From Octopus vulgaris (lineage: Eukaryota): a stretch of 64,000 bases of DNA. Below the pieces are notes generated by a model. It made no database searches. It worked only from the letters and a program-made list of their open reading frames with translations, and was not told where the DNA came from. The translations under genes and the position numbers were made by a program. Positions 26,996-39,900 of this stretch are shown in pieces. The stretch's first letter is position 1. Each line of letters begins with the position of its first letter. The DNA lies in NCBI GenBank assembly GCA_951406725.2, contig OX597833.1:70928001-70992000 (forward strand). Direction: 5' to 3'.

Positions 26996-27289
26996 ATCAT
27001 TATTATTATTATTATTATTATTATTTCAAATAATGATTTTTTTTTTAAATGTTTAACACTGCCACATGAAGTATCTTTCCTATTTCTCTCACTAATTTAT
27101 TAATTTGCACGTACTAATTAATACCCTGAAAATTTAATTCATACAAGTTGTCTGTCTACCAAACGAATCTCTGTGTGTCTGTTTAATGAAATTATAAAGA
27201 AACAGAGAGGAATTACCTGGAAATTAATAAAATTCAACGAGTTTCTCTTCTCCTTTCAGTTTTGATGTATTGACCAAGTGTTTAATGAT

Positions 27290-27415
27290 ATGGGCATGGC
27301 AGAAGACGAACCGCTTTTTAGGCTGGATGAGGACATTATTGATTCTGGTAAACCTTGTAAGATTCCTGTTCCACGAAGGGCTGATGGCAAATTGGGTTTC
27401 AGCATAATTATTCAA
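27290..27415 (+). CDS. Coding exon 1 (MGMAEDEPLF...RRADGKLGFSIIIQ), start of PDZ1
   Basis: Acceptor ctcttctcctttcag at 27259, ATG in gatATGG context, GLGF-like carboxylate loop GKLGFSI, donor caa|gtaaga. Confidence 0.85.
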
Positions 27416-27966
27416 GTAAGAATTGGTTATTTTTTCTTTTTTACATATCTTTGATGCCTCTCACTATCCCTCTTACTCTCTCCCCCTTTTTCACAGCCTA
27501 AGACTGACCCCTCTTCTCTCGGGGTTTCTAGTCTTGTGAGCTGCATAACAACCTCAATAGTGATCATCATCATCATCATCATCATTGTTTAATGTCCGCT
27601 TTCCATGCTGGCATGGGTTGGACGATTTTGACTGAAGGCTGGCGAACCAGATAGCCGCACCAGGCTCCAATCTGATCTGGTAGGGTTTCTACAACTGGAT
27701 GCCCTTCCTAACGCCAACCACTCCGAGAGTGTAGTGGATGCTTTTTACGTGCCACCGGCATGGGGGCCAGTCAGGCGGCACTGACAACGACCTCGCTCGA
27801 ATCTTTTACACATGGCACAGGTGCCAGTAAGGCGACGATGTATAAAAGCATCCAGTCCACACTCTGCAAAGTGGTTGGCATTAGGAAGGGCAGCATCCAG
27901 CCGCAGAACCCATCCCAAGGCTGACACAGGAATCTGATGCACTTGTGCAATGGGAAACTGGCTTTA

Positions 27967-28000
<34 letters not shown>

Positions 28001-31000
28001 GTGCAGTTGTTATTTTCTTTTCTTTTACTGGTCTTAGTCATTGGGCTGTGACTGGTCCAGCTGGAGCACTTTCTGACTTCTAAAATGTAACAAGTAAAAA
28101 TATGGAACTTTGGCAGCATTTAGTCCCATTGGAGAGTTCCTGGAATCCCTTCTCCAGTGCCCTTATACTCACCTCATAATACCGATTCTGGCATTACAAA
28201 TCTGTTTTGTATGTTTGGTGTGTGTGTCTGTGTGTCTGTGTACACAAGGTCTGACTGAATATTGCAGTCTGTGGATATATATACCCTGGCGATTTCAGCT
28301 GTTGCACCAACTGTATTTTTATACTTCTTGACTTTTGGCCCACCTTGTCAGGTGTTCATGACATGTGTGTGTGTGTGTGTGTGTGTGTGCATGAGTGTCT
28401 CCTAGATGTATTACTCTTACTCTTTACTCTTTTACTTGTTTCAGTCATTTGACTGCGGCCATGCTGGAGCACCGCCTTTAGTCGAGCAACTCGACCCCGG
28501 GACTTATTCTTTTGTAAGCCCAGTACTTATTCTATCGGTCTCTTTTGCCGAACCGCTAAGTAACGGGGATGTAAACACACCAGCATCGATTGTCAAGCAA
28601 TGCTAGGGGGACAAACACATACATATATATATGTATATATATACACACACGGGAGGCTTCTTTCAGTTTCCGTCTACCAAATTCACTCACAAGGCTTTGG
28701 TCGGCCCGAGGCTATAGTAGAAGACACTTGCCCAAGGTGCCACGCAGTGGGACTGAACCCGGAACCATGTGGTTGGTAAGCAAGCTACTTACCACATAGC
28801 CACTCCTACGTCTACGTATTCTTTAATTGCATTCTAATTCACTCATCCATTTTTTTTTTCTTTCTGTTTTCCAGAAATGTTCCAGTGGAAACATCGCCAA
28901 GGTGACGCAGGTGAAAGACACCTGTTTGTCACGAGAGTTGACCAAATACCACTACATCACAAAAATCGACGAAATTGACATCCGTCACTTGAAGACTCCA
29001 ATGGAGGTTGAGAGTGTGCTGAGTCTGTCGTCCGGCACCGTTGTCCTCTTGGAGGCGTACCGATCTCTCTATCATGATTCCAATGATAATATTCAGAGGA
29101 TGAGTTTGAACTCGAGTGTGTGCAGCAGCAGCAACAGCAGCAGCACAAACAGCATGAATTCTCTGCTGCTGGATGCTGATGGTAGCTGCCATTCTCAACC
29201 GGTGCCAAGACCCATCGCTACTGATACAGTCTCACTGAAAGATGCTGTCTTCAAGAATCCGGATAGCATCCAGTGGGATGCCAAACCAAAAACTGTGATA
29301 TTGAAGAGATCCAGTAGCGGCAAATTTGGATTTGTCTACGAAGTCCTTCTTTCCTCGGTAAATATTTCACTGCCAAGATTGTTGTTTCTCTTTACGTTTC
29401 TCATTTTGCATTCCACCAAGTTCTGCTTTACTTTTGCATCCTTCCAGGGAGGAAACGAATAAGTCCTTGGCCTCCTTGTGCCGACACACTGACAAACGGA
29501 CCCAGGTGGCTTCTTTCATGAGTGGTGGCCACTGTCATTGGTTTTGGGTAGTTTTCATTTGGATACCATTCTCCAATATGTCCTTTTAGTAAATCATTAT
29601 ATTCTTTACCACAGCAGTGAGTCTGCAGAGCTGTCAGCATTCTGGGCAAACTGCTTTGTGGCATTTCATCTGTTTTTAAGTTCTGAGTTCAAACTCTGCC
29701 AAGGTCAACTTTACCTTTCACCCTTTCTGGGTCGATGGAATACACCAGTTGCACCCTGGGATTGATGTAATTGACTCACTCCTGCTCCCAAAATTTCAGG
29801 CCTTGTGTCTGTAGCAGTAAAGGTTATTCATATATTATTTCATATCTAACAAATCTCTTTTCTTCTTCTTTTTTTCAGTTGGTTCCTAAAAACTCGGTGA
29901 ACACTTCTATGGTGAGTAAACCTGTGCGTTTCCTAATCCTTTGTAGCTTGTTCTGAATTTTAACCCTTTGGCTTGTTTAAACTGGCCAAATCCGGCCCAA
30001 ATATTCTACCTATTTTATGTTCAAACTGGCCAGATTCAGCCTATCACACCTATCCTACAATGTCGTTCTAAAAATAAACAGTCACATCACTGAAATCTCA
30101 AAGCTATGAGATACAGGGCACAGGTTTGCAAATGTGGTTTACTGAAGGAGAAAATGCATTTATTATAAAACAGCTGCAAGCGTTACCTTTTGTGCCACCT
30201 AATGACGTAGATACTGTTTGAACAATTCCTTCATTCTTTGAGTGTTCAAATTGATGAAATTTTGGAGGAATTCCTGTCTTATTTTGTGTGTACTCGGGTA
30301 GTAATCGTGCAATGTGGATGACGTCGAAGACCCCTATCTGACATTTCTTTATGGCAGTGCTACCACAGAGTTCTCAATGATCTCCCGGAAACCAACAACT
30401 CCCTAGGAGGTTGGCACCATGCCTTCAGTAGAAGAATTAACATCCATCACCCTAACATATCCAAATTGAGAAGCTTAACCTTTTCGTGACCAACCCGGCT
30501 GAAACTGCCTCTGGCTTTGTAGCACAAATGTCTTGTTTTCATAAGTTTTGAATTAAAATCTTCCACCAAACTTTAGTCACAGTTTATGTTCCTAACACTA
30601 ACTGAATGATAACTAAGTTATTTTACTAAGTTCTTTGTTATATTTAAAGTAATTGAAAGAAACTCAGAGCATCTCAACAGAAATATGGTAATGAAAGGGT
30701 TAACCCTTTAGTGTTCAGATTATTCAATCAAACATAATGTCTATTGATTCCCATTGATTTGAATTAATCATGCATTATCTCATATCTTCAAGATCTTGAT
30801 GGTGTAATTACTTAATGTAGAATAACATTGTAGGGTAGGTGTGAGAGCCTGGATCTGGTCAGTTTGAACATAAAACAGATTAGCTATTTTGGCCGGATAT
30901 GGCCGGTTTAAATACTAAAGGGTTAAGGTAGAACAGTTCCAAACCGAAATGGTAATAAAACTGGCCATATCAGGGATTGAAGTGGCAAGGAAAAGCAAAA

Positions 31001-34000
31001 AATAAATTCACCCAAAGGAAAGACTTAAAACTTTTGTTCTTCATTACAATGATGAAGCTGGGTTGGAATTTTGAAGGACAGGTGTCCATAATTGTATACT
31101 CTTTTACTTGTTTCAGTCATTTGACTGCGGCCATGCTGGAGCACCGCCTTTACTCGAGCAACTCAACCCCGGGACTTATTCTTTTGTAAGCCCAGTACTT
31201 ATTCTATCGTTCTCTTTTGCCGAACCGCTAAGTGACGGGGACATAAACACACCAGCATCGGTTGTCAAGTAATGCTAGGGGGACAAACACAGACACACAA
31301 ACACACACATTATATATATATATATATATATATATACGATGGGCTTCTTTCAGTTTCCGTCTACTAAATCCACTCACAAGGCTTTGGTCGGCCCGAGGCT
31401 ATAGTAGAAGACACTTGCCCAAGGTGCCACGCAGTGGGACTGAACCCAGAACCATGTGGTTGGTAAACAAGCTACTTACCACACAGCCATGCCTGTATGT
31501 GATTTCTGTATTTCTATTTGTAAGACAAACAAAACCTTTTGTGCTTTTTTTTCATGTTGACCTATTTTGCGTAATATCTTTTTATAAATAAATTACTTTT
31601 ATTTGTAAGTCTAATAAAACTTTTTCATAATTTTTACTTTGTTTTTTAAAAATTGTCGACATATTGTCCTTTTGGCAAATTGTCCAATCGGTCAATTGTC
31701 CTGTCTGTAAGTTGTCTCTCGGCCAACTATCTGTTGATGAATTGTCTGTCTACCATTTTTTAGCGTACAGGTATTAGGAAGAGCATCCAGCCATAGAAAC
31801 CAGGCCAAGCTGGAGCCTGTTACAGCTCTCCCACTGACCAATTCCAGTTAAACTATTAAACCCATGCCACCATTGAAAGCAGACACTAAATGAGGGAGTA
31901 AGCACTGGGCTCTGGAGAGATTCTCCTGTCCTCAACCAAACTTTAGGCCCCTCTTCACTCTGCATCCGCTGCTTTCATTTGTCGACCACCTTACAGAGCA
32001 GACTGGACACAGTCTGGGGTTGCCTTCTTATCTACAAGTGTCTGGATGCTCTGCTGTGTCTCTTGTTCAAACGTCATCAATTCTTCTGTGAACTCTTTTA
32101 TAATTAACCCTTTTAGTGTTCAGGTTATTCTATCAAACATAATGCTTATTGATTCCCATTGATTTGAATAAATCATGCATTATGTCATATCTTCAAGATC
32201 TTGATGGTGTAATTACTTAATGTAGAATAACATTGTAGGGTAGGTGTGAGGGCCTGGATCTGGTCAGTTTGAACATAAAACAGATTAACTATTTTGGCCG
32301 GATATGGCCGGTTTAAATACTAAAGGGTTAATTATTGGTCAGAAAGCAAATCCACCTGATTGAAAAAAAAGTAGAAAGAAGACAAGTGGAAGTTTTGAAA
32401 TTTAGTAATTTTTCTTTCTTCTATTTTTTCCAGTATTTTCTTATAACCAAGCTATCAAATGATGCCGCCAGGAAGCTAAAAGTTGGTGACCTCATCCTCT
32501 CTCTAAATGGTATTGCTTGTCAAGACCTAAGTGTGGTGAGTGTATATATTTCTGGATCTATATATATATATATATATATGTATGTATAAGGGTGAAAAGG
32601 AACACACGAGTTGATATATATGAAAAAACAAGTCAAAATAGAAAATGCTAAAATAATTTTATAAAGAACATTTCAGTACCGGTTTCGGTCATTTTGAGAC
32701 CTTTTCAACTGTAACGATTAAATAATTAAATTTAGATAAATTAAAAGAAAAGTTTTTTTAAAGGAATATTTGTATAGTGTTCAAATATAAGTGGCATTTT
32801 CCTTGTTTCTGCCTTTCTCTGTCTCTCTTGTTAACCGCTCTACAATATATATATTGTAAGGTGGTTTAACATATTTAATTATCTTTGGTGTTTGACGAAA
32901 ATCCTATCAAACATATTATTTAATTATTGTCAAAAAACTTAATTGATTTCGAGAGCAACTTTGAAAGCTAGGGACACATGTGAGGGTTATACTAATCTTG
33001 TATTATTCCAAAACTTAAATAATTACATTTGTCATTGAACTTTGGAAATTTCCCACAAATGTAATCAGGTGTACAGGCCATACCTCAATAAGCCCAATAA
33101 ATTTAATGGAGTATATTTTTACTAAATTGGCTAATTTGACATTACTGAAATGCAACATTTAATTTTAGAATAAAACATTGATATCGTTTTTTTCTTCTTT
33201 TTTTCTAGATAAAATAATATTTCTTTTGATTAATTTTTTTCTTCAATTTTTAAATTAAATTCTTTTCTTTTATTCTCCAGAAAAAAGTTATTGACCAGAA
33301 AATAGAAACCGAATCTGAGCTACGACTAATTATTCAAAGACCCGTCAAATTCAAACATAGAAACAATCCGTGTGTTGAACAGAAGAGGATTTGTCCAATA
33401 AAAAGGGTGTTCTTGTGTGGCCCTGCTGCCATGGTGTATTACAACTTCCTGGTGAACAGACTGAAGTCGAACCGTCACAAAACGTCTCAGAATTATCCAA
33501 TGCCAGAAACAAATCTCAATAATGATACAGCTGCTTTCAAAGCTTCCTGTGTGTGGACCCAGCGAGGGACATTTTTTGTTGAGTCCTGGAGTAAACGATC
33601 CTGGTTTTACCATTTGGACGTGAAGCATCTGATAGCGCTTGAGCTACTCGCTTCATCGGACGAGTCTTTCTTTCATCATTGCATGAAACTCACTTTTACT
33701 AAAAACAGCATTTTCTTCATCATGCTGGACTGTCAGCTGTCAAGCGTTACGCAAGGATCCAAGCAAGCGGAACTGCGAATGCTGAAGAGATACATCCATA
33801 CGATTCAGTCTTGCGTTGGAAAAGAGGTACAAATTAAAGTGAAATGTGTCTGTCAGGATAACAGTGAACAATGTCGCAATCAACACAATTACTTCATTGA
33901 CAAAATAATGGTGGAACCCATTGTTATTCCTTCAAATTCTGACCAAAACAGTGACACATTTGTAAATTCTGTCTTTGAACTCGCTAAACAAAAGGAAATC

Positions 34001-36884
34001 TCAATGAGTTACCATGCGGCTTATGCGCTGCACAAGCTCTACCATCTTGGTCTCTGCAAAAGTATTGCAACTGACTTTTTCAAAACTGTTCACAAAGTCT
34101 TTGATAAAATTTCTCAGCAGGATCTTCATCAAACGGTGCGTGAAATGAGTTCCTTCAAATATTATATTGGAGGTAAGTCGTTAGTTGGAGTGGGGAAAAT
34201 ATTTCTTATTTTATTGTAATTTCATCAATTAACTTTTATCATTGTAATAATATTAAAGATTAATTAATTAAATTAATACAACTAAAGAAGGAGGAGGAGG
34301 GCAATAATAATCAAAATCTTGATTGCAATTACTATCATCATCAGCATCATCATTATCAATTTATAAACATTGAGGTTGCTGGTTCTAAGTTTCCAGTAAA
34401 CCAGCCAATGACTCACAGCATTTTTGATGCTCAGGGTCCCAACATGACCATCCAATACAATTTGGATGTAACAGAGACCAAGGATTTTTGTTTAAAAGCA
34501 CCTGTTTATTGGGTTCACATCTTTCATTGATTGGCGCAGGCTTGATGTTAAGATGTTTATCAACAACATGGCTTCAGGTTCGATCCCACTACGTGGCACC
34601 TTGGGCCAATCAAATCCATGTCGTTAGATTTGGTAGACAGAAAATGCAAGAAACCCACAGTTGTGCTCAGACTTTTCCATTCAACAGATCGTATTTAACT
34701 CAATCCACTGCTTACCATTCTCTGTTACCTGTCTTTCACAAGCCAATGTAGGAAACCTCTCTGTGGTTGCTTATCCTACAAGAAACAGTAAGCTGTGCTC
34801 TTGAGCAAGGTGCACAACTCTGCTTGGTTAAGGAAAAACTGGCTCTTCTTGTATTTTGTGGTTGCAGTATTTAGAAAGGATGTCCATACAATTGCCATTT
34901 GGTATCCAAGAAATCAAAGCCTGCTAAGATGCTGGGGAAATGACATACATGGTGAAAAAATTGGGGCTCAAATGAAAGAGAAGGGAACAATCCAAGGGAG
35001 AATGGAATAACTTTGTGACCATCCCAAGAAGTCCAATGCTCATCATCATCATCGTTTAACGTCCGTTCTCCATGCTGGCATGGGTTGGACGGTTCGACCG
35101 GGGATCTGGGAAGCCAGAAGGCTGCACCAGGCTCCAGTCTGATCTGGCAATGTTTCTACAGCTGGATGCCCTTCCTAACGCCAACCACTCCGTGAGTGTA
35201 GTGGGTGCTTTTTACGTGCCACCTGCACAGGTGCCAGGCGAGGCTGGCAACGTCCATGGTCGGATTGGTGCATTTTACATGCCACCGGCACGGAAGCCAG
35301 TCGAGGCGGTGCTGGCTTTGGCCACAATTCGGATGGTGCTTTTTACGTGCCACCGGCATGGAAGCCAGTCGAGGCGGCACTGGCTTCGGCCACGATTCGG
35401 ATAGTGCTTTTTATGTACCACCAGTCCAGGGGTCCTGGCATCTGCCAGGTGCCAGTCATAGGATTGGTTCGCTCGGTGAAGAAATTTAGTTAATAGAAAC
35501 TGCAAGAAGCTTGTTGCATATGTGTGTGTGTGTGTACTTTATTCTACATTGTGTGTTTATGATGTTTTACTTGAACCGACTTGTGGTGGTGATGTTGGCA
35601 TTCTTTGTTGACATTATGACCAATGGCTCCGTGTTTTTGAATAGGAATTCTGTAGACGAGGTCAGAACAGTTACTGGTGGAGTATTTTTCATCACGGAAA
35701 AGTGAATTCCAGAAGAGGGGTCTTGCAAGTCTACCAGTTAGTTGGAAGAGCATTGTAGAAAATAAAGGAGAGGATATTTTAGAATAAAAAAGAACTTTAT
35801 CTTAATTTTGAAAAAATAAAAGAATTATAAAAAACCTGCATTATTTATGGGATGAGACCCAATCTATGTATAAATGCATGATGGGAAGATAAGGCAGTAT
35901 TGGTCTGTTGAACAAAATATCGTATGAAGCCCTTTGCACTCAATTGATTTTGCTTTGCTTCTGTTCTTAATTATGAGGTAAGAACCAACCAAAGAATAGG
36001 ATTCAATATGATTAATTAAAACTCTCTAAAGTGGTGCCCTAGCAATGGCTTCATTCCAGTGACTGGAGCCAGTACCAAGAGAAAGAACCCTGGTAATTGG
36101 AAACTGTGGGGAAGCCTATCAGATACGATGATGATGATGATGATGATGATGATGATATGGAGTCCCTCCTTATAAACAAATTGAGATCGGCCGTTAACAA
36201 CAGGAAGGAACCACATCTAGCAAACTGGTTGCTATAGCAACACCAGTCTATACATATTTCCTTCCTCCCACACACATTTCAGCAACAAATTTTCCATTCC
36301 TTGCTTTTTATCCAAATGTCCTGAAGAAGGTGTCATAACCCCAAAATATAGAAATGCAAAGGTCAAGCGGTCACTTTGTTTTCTTTTTCCTTCTGTTGTT
36401 AACTTTGTACCTTCTCACATTGACCAGCGGCCCTTACACAACAAACCCCTTTAAAGCTGCATCACACACTGCTTCACCAAAAACTTCTCCATTTTAATAT
36501 ATCTACGTGGGGGGGGGGGGGAGTATTTGTTTGAAAAGAGATGGGGGTTGGTGAGAGGAGGGGCATCCAACCATAGAAAGTTTGCCTCAGTGAAATGCAT
36601 TTGACCCATCCAAGCACAGAAAGGTGGACAGTACAACAACGATGATGACATAATACTCTTTACTCTCTTTTACTCTTTTACTCGCTTCAGTCATTTGACT
36701 GCAGCCATGCTGGAGCACCGCCTTGTAGTCGAGCAAATCGACCCCGGGACTTATTCTTTTGTAAGCCCAGTACTTATTCTATCGGTCTCTTTTGCCGAAC
36801 CGCTAAGTGACGGGGACGTAAACACACCAGCATCGGTTGTCAAGCAATGCTAGGGGGACAAACACAGACACACAAACACACACA

Positions 36885-36942
<58 letters not shown>

Positions 36943-39900
36943 TACAACGGGCTTCTTTCAGTTTCCGTCTACCAAATCCACTCACGAGGCATTGGTCGGC
37001 CCGGGGCTATAGCAGAAGACACTTGCCCAAGGTGCCACGCTGTGGGACTGAACCCGGAACCATGTAGTTCGCAAGCAAGCTACTCACCACACAGCCACTC
37101 CTGCGCCTATTCATATAAAATGTAAACAGAATCATCCACATCATCATCATCATCATCATTTTGTCTGCTTTCCATGCTGGCATGAGTTGGATGGTCAAAC
37201 AGAATCCAATAAGTTGGACGACCATGTCTTCTTCCAATGTCACATTTTTAGCAAGGTTTCACCATTTTAAAGTGTGTGTGTGTGGCTTACTTCACACCTT
37301 CAAATACTTGAGAAATAGGAGATCTCATACTTGAGAAACAAGGAAGGTTTGGTGATGTGAGGGGTGTCCATTGCTGAAATGAGAGCTCAAAATCTCTCGT
37401 GGAAGCGCCATCCAACCAAAATGCAAATATATGGGAAACTACCACCTGTGTCATCCCTTGTGAAAGGTAGGAGAGTCCAGTTTGCTGGACATTGTTGTAG
37501 AGCTTAAAAAGAGGTCATTTCTACTCTTCTCCTCTGGAAGCCATCTACTCGCAATACCAGAGGGCGCACACTCTCCTACCCTGATGTAATCTCCAGGGAT
37601 ACAGGCATCCAGCAACAGGACCTCCGTAATGCCATGATGGACCGTGAAGTCTGGCGTAGCATGGTAAATTCCATTGTCTTGACCACGGTCGAACAATGAT
37701 GATGATTGCTAAAATAGTACTTCAATAATATATTAGTCTAACCCATGGAAAAGCAAACATAAAAACAAGGAAACAGATATGATATACGTGTGTGTGTGTG
37801 TTTATTTTCATACAGATATATGTCTATGTAAAATACGAAACTCAATGCAAACCATTTTTTGAATTTATGAATGTGCATCTGTCTTTGATTTTCACTGAAA
37901 AATGTAAACATTGGTGAGGAAAACCAATAAAAACCATTGATTCCAAGCCAAAATACCTTGTATATTTGTTCTGTTACAGCTGCACATATACTCCCTTCTT
38001 ATTCTCACTGTGAAAAATACAGGGAATCCATGACTGGTGCCGCTGGAAACCTGTTCTTCACAAAATGGTGTAAAAATTAAAATTAAATTAGTAGAATATT
38101 CGTTTGTTTCTGTGTCTGGTTTGCAAGATTTTTGATGTGAATTTTGTGTGTTGAAACAAATTTTGTGTTTTGGGAGGGTCATTGCACCAACAATAACACA
38201 TGCACTGACTGTGTGTTATTATTGACATAATGACCTTTTCAGCACACAACAAGAAATAGAATATATATTTTCCAATTTATATTAACTTTTTTTATTTATT
38301 TCTATTTTCCAGTAAATTCCAGAAAATCTGCTCTTTTACCACAAGGAAATAGTTTATATGTAAACATTGAGTACGTTTTAAACTCCATGTCTCAGCTTGC
38401 ATATCAACCAATTTCTTTAGTGAGCAGAAGTCACACTTTCTCTCAATACCACAAAATACCCAACGGAATAGTGGACCAACAGGTTCTGGTCGACAACTTG
38501 TATCCCAGTGATGTCTTCAGCCATTCAGTCCTTGCGTTACTCGAGAGCCACAATGTGATATTAAGCTTAAAGGAGTCGGGCCAGTACGCCTGCACCAAAT
38601 ACTACATCCCCTGTTTGCAGCACAGTTACCAAATGGAAGTGCAGAACCCGTTGATGCATAATGTTTTCTCACTCTACATTCAGTTCTGCAGCAGTGCACA
38701 GCACACGGACTTTCTCAGGCTGGTCATTTCCTTTGGAAATTTATACGGCTGGGAATTACCTCAAGAGATCCAATTATCCCAGTGCAACATCATGGTCGGA
38801 ACACATATGGTTCACTTTCAATACCAGTGGCAGACCCAGCAGGTCAAAATCACCTCAGAGTGAGTTACCTTTTGCATTCGATTAATTTCTCGTTAACCCT
38901 TCAGCATTCAGATTACTCTGTCAAATATAATCCTTATTTATTCTCATTGTTTCGAATTAAAATCATGGATTATCTGCGGAATCCATAAGTGGAAAGTGTA
39001 ACCTCTCGTAAGAGCTGTTCTTCACTCCTGCTCCAGAGCGTCGGCTGCAGGGTCACTCCGAAAAGATCTATCTGCCCCTCTCAAAAGAGAGGGGCTTTCT
39101 CCGTCCGGGTTGCGGATCCGTGGAATAAGCTGCCAGATGAGATAGTGAAGATGCCGACGACTGCTCGGTTCAAAGTCTCTCTCTCTTGACCAGAAATGGC
39201 TTGAACTCTTTGCATGAACACCACCCTCCTTGTACATAACTCCATGTCCCCCTACATGGCCTTGCTTTTTGCTTTTTGAGCCAAAAAATTAACTTAACTT
39301 AACTTAACTATCTCATAGCTTTGAGATTTCAATGATGTGATTGTATATTTTGGAATGACATTGTAGGGTAGGTGTGAGAGGCTGGATCTTGACAGTTTGA
39401 ACCCAAAACGTTGAATATTTGGGCTGAATGTGACTGGTTTGAATGCTAAAGGCTTAGTCATAATTAGAAAGTGTCTCAACCTTTTGCTTATCATATTTCT
39501 ATTAAAATACTCTTTGCTCCATTTAATTATGAAAATAATGAAGAATTTATTATTGAGCTGGCATTTAGAGTATAAATTAACATGAGCCTTTGATGAAAGG
39601 ATTTTAGATCACCTTAACTGTTTTTTGTTACCATATTTCTATAGAAATGGTCTTGTTTCAATTCATTTTGAAATAATGAAGGATTTTATAAAATAACTTT
39701 TCATCATTAAGCTGGTGTTTGAGACATCATCATCATCATCATCATCATCATTTAACGTCCACTTTCCATGCTAGCATGGGTTGGACGATTCGACTGGGGT
39801 CTGGGAAGCCAGGAGGCTGCACCAGGCCCAGTCTGATCTGGCAGTGTTTCTACAGCTGGATGCTCTTCCTAACGCCAATAAATCAATATTAAATTTTTAT

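Noticed and set aside
36320-36350. ctgaagaagg...cccaaaa hammerhead-like string
   Set aside because: GAAA and stem III are missing
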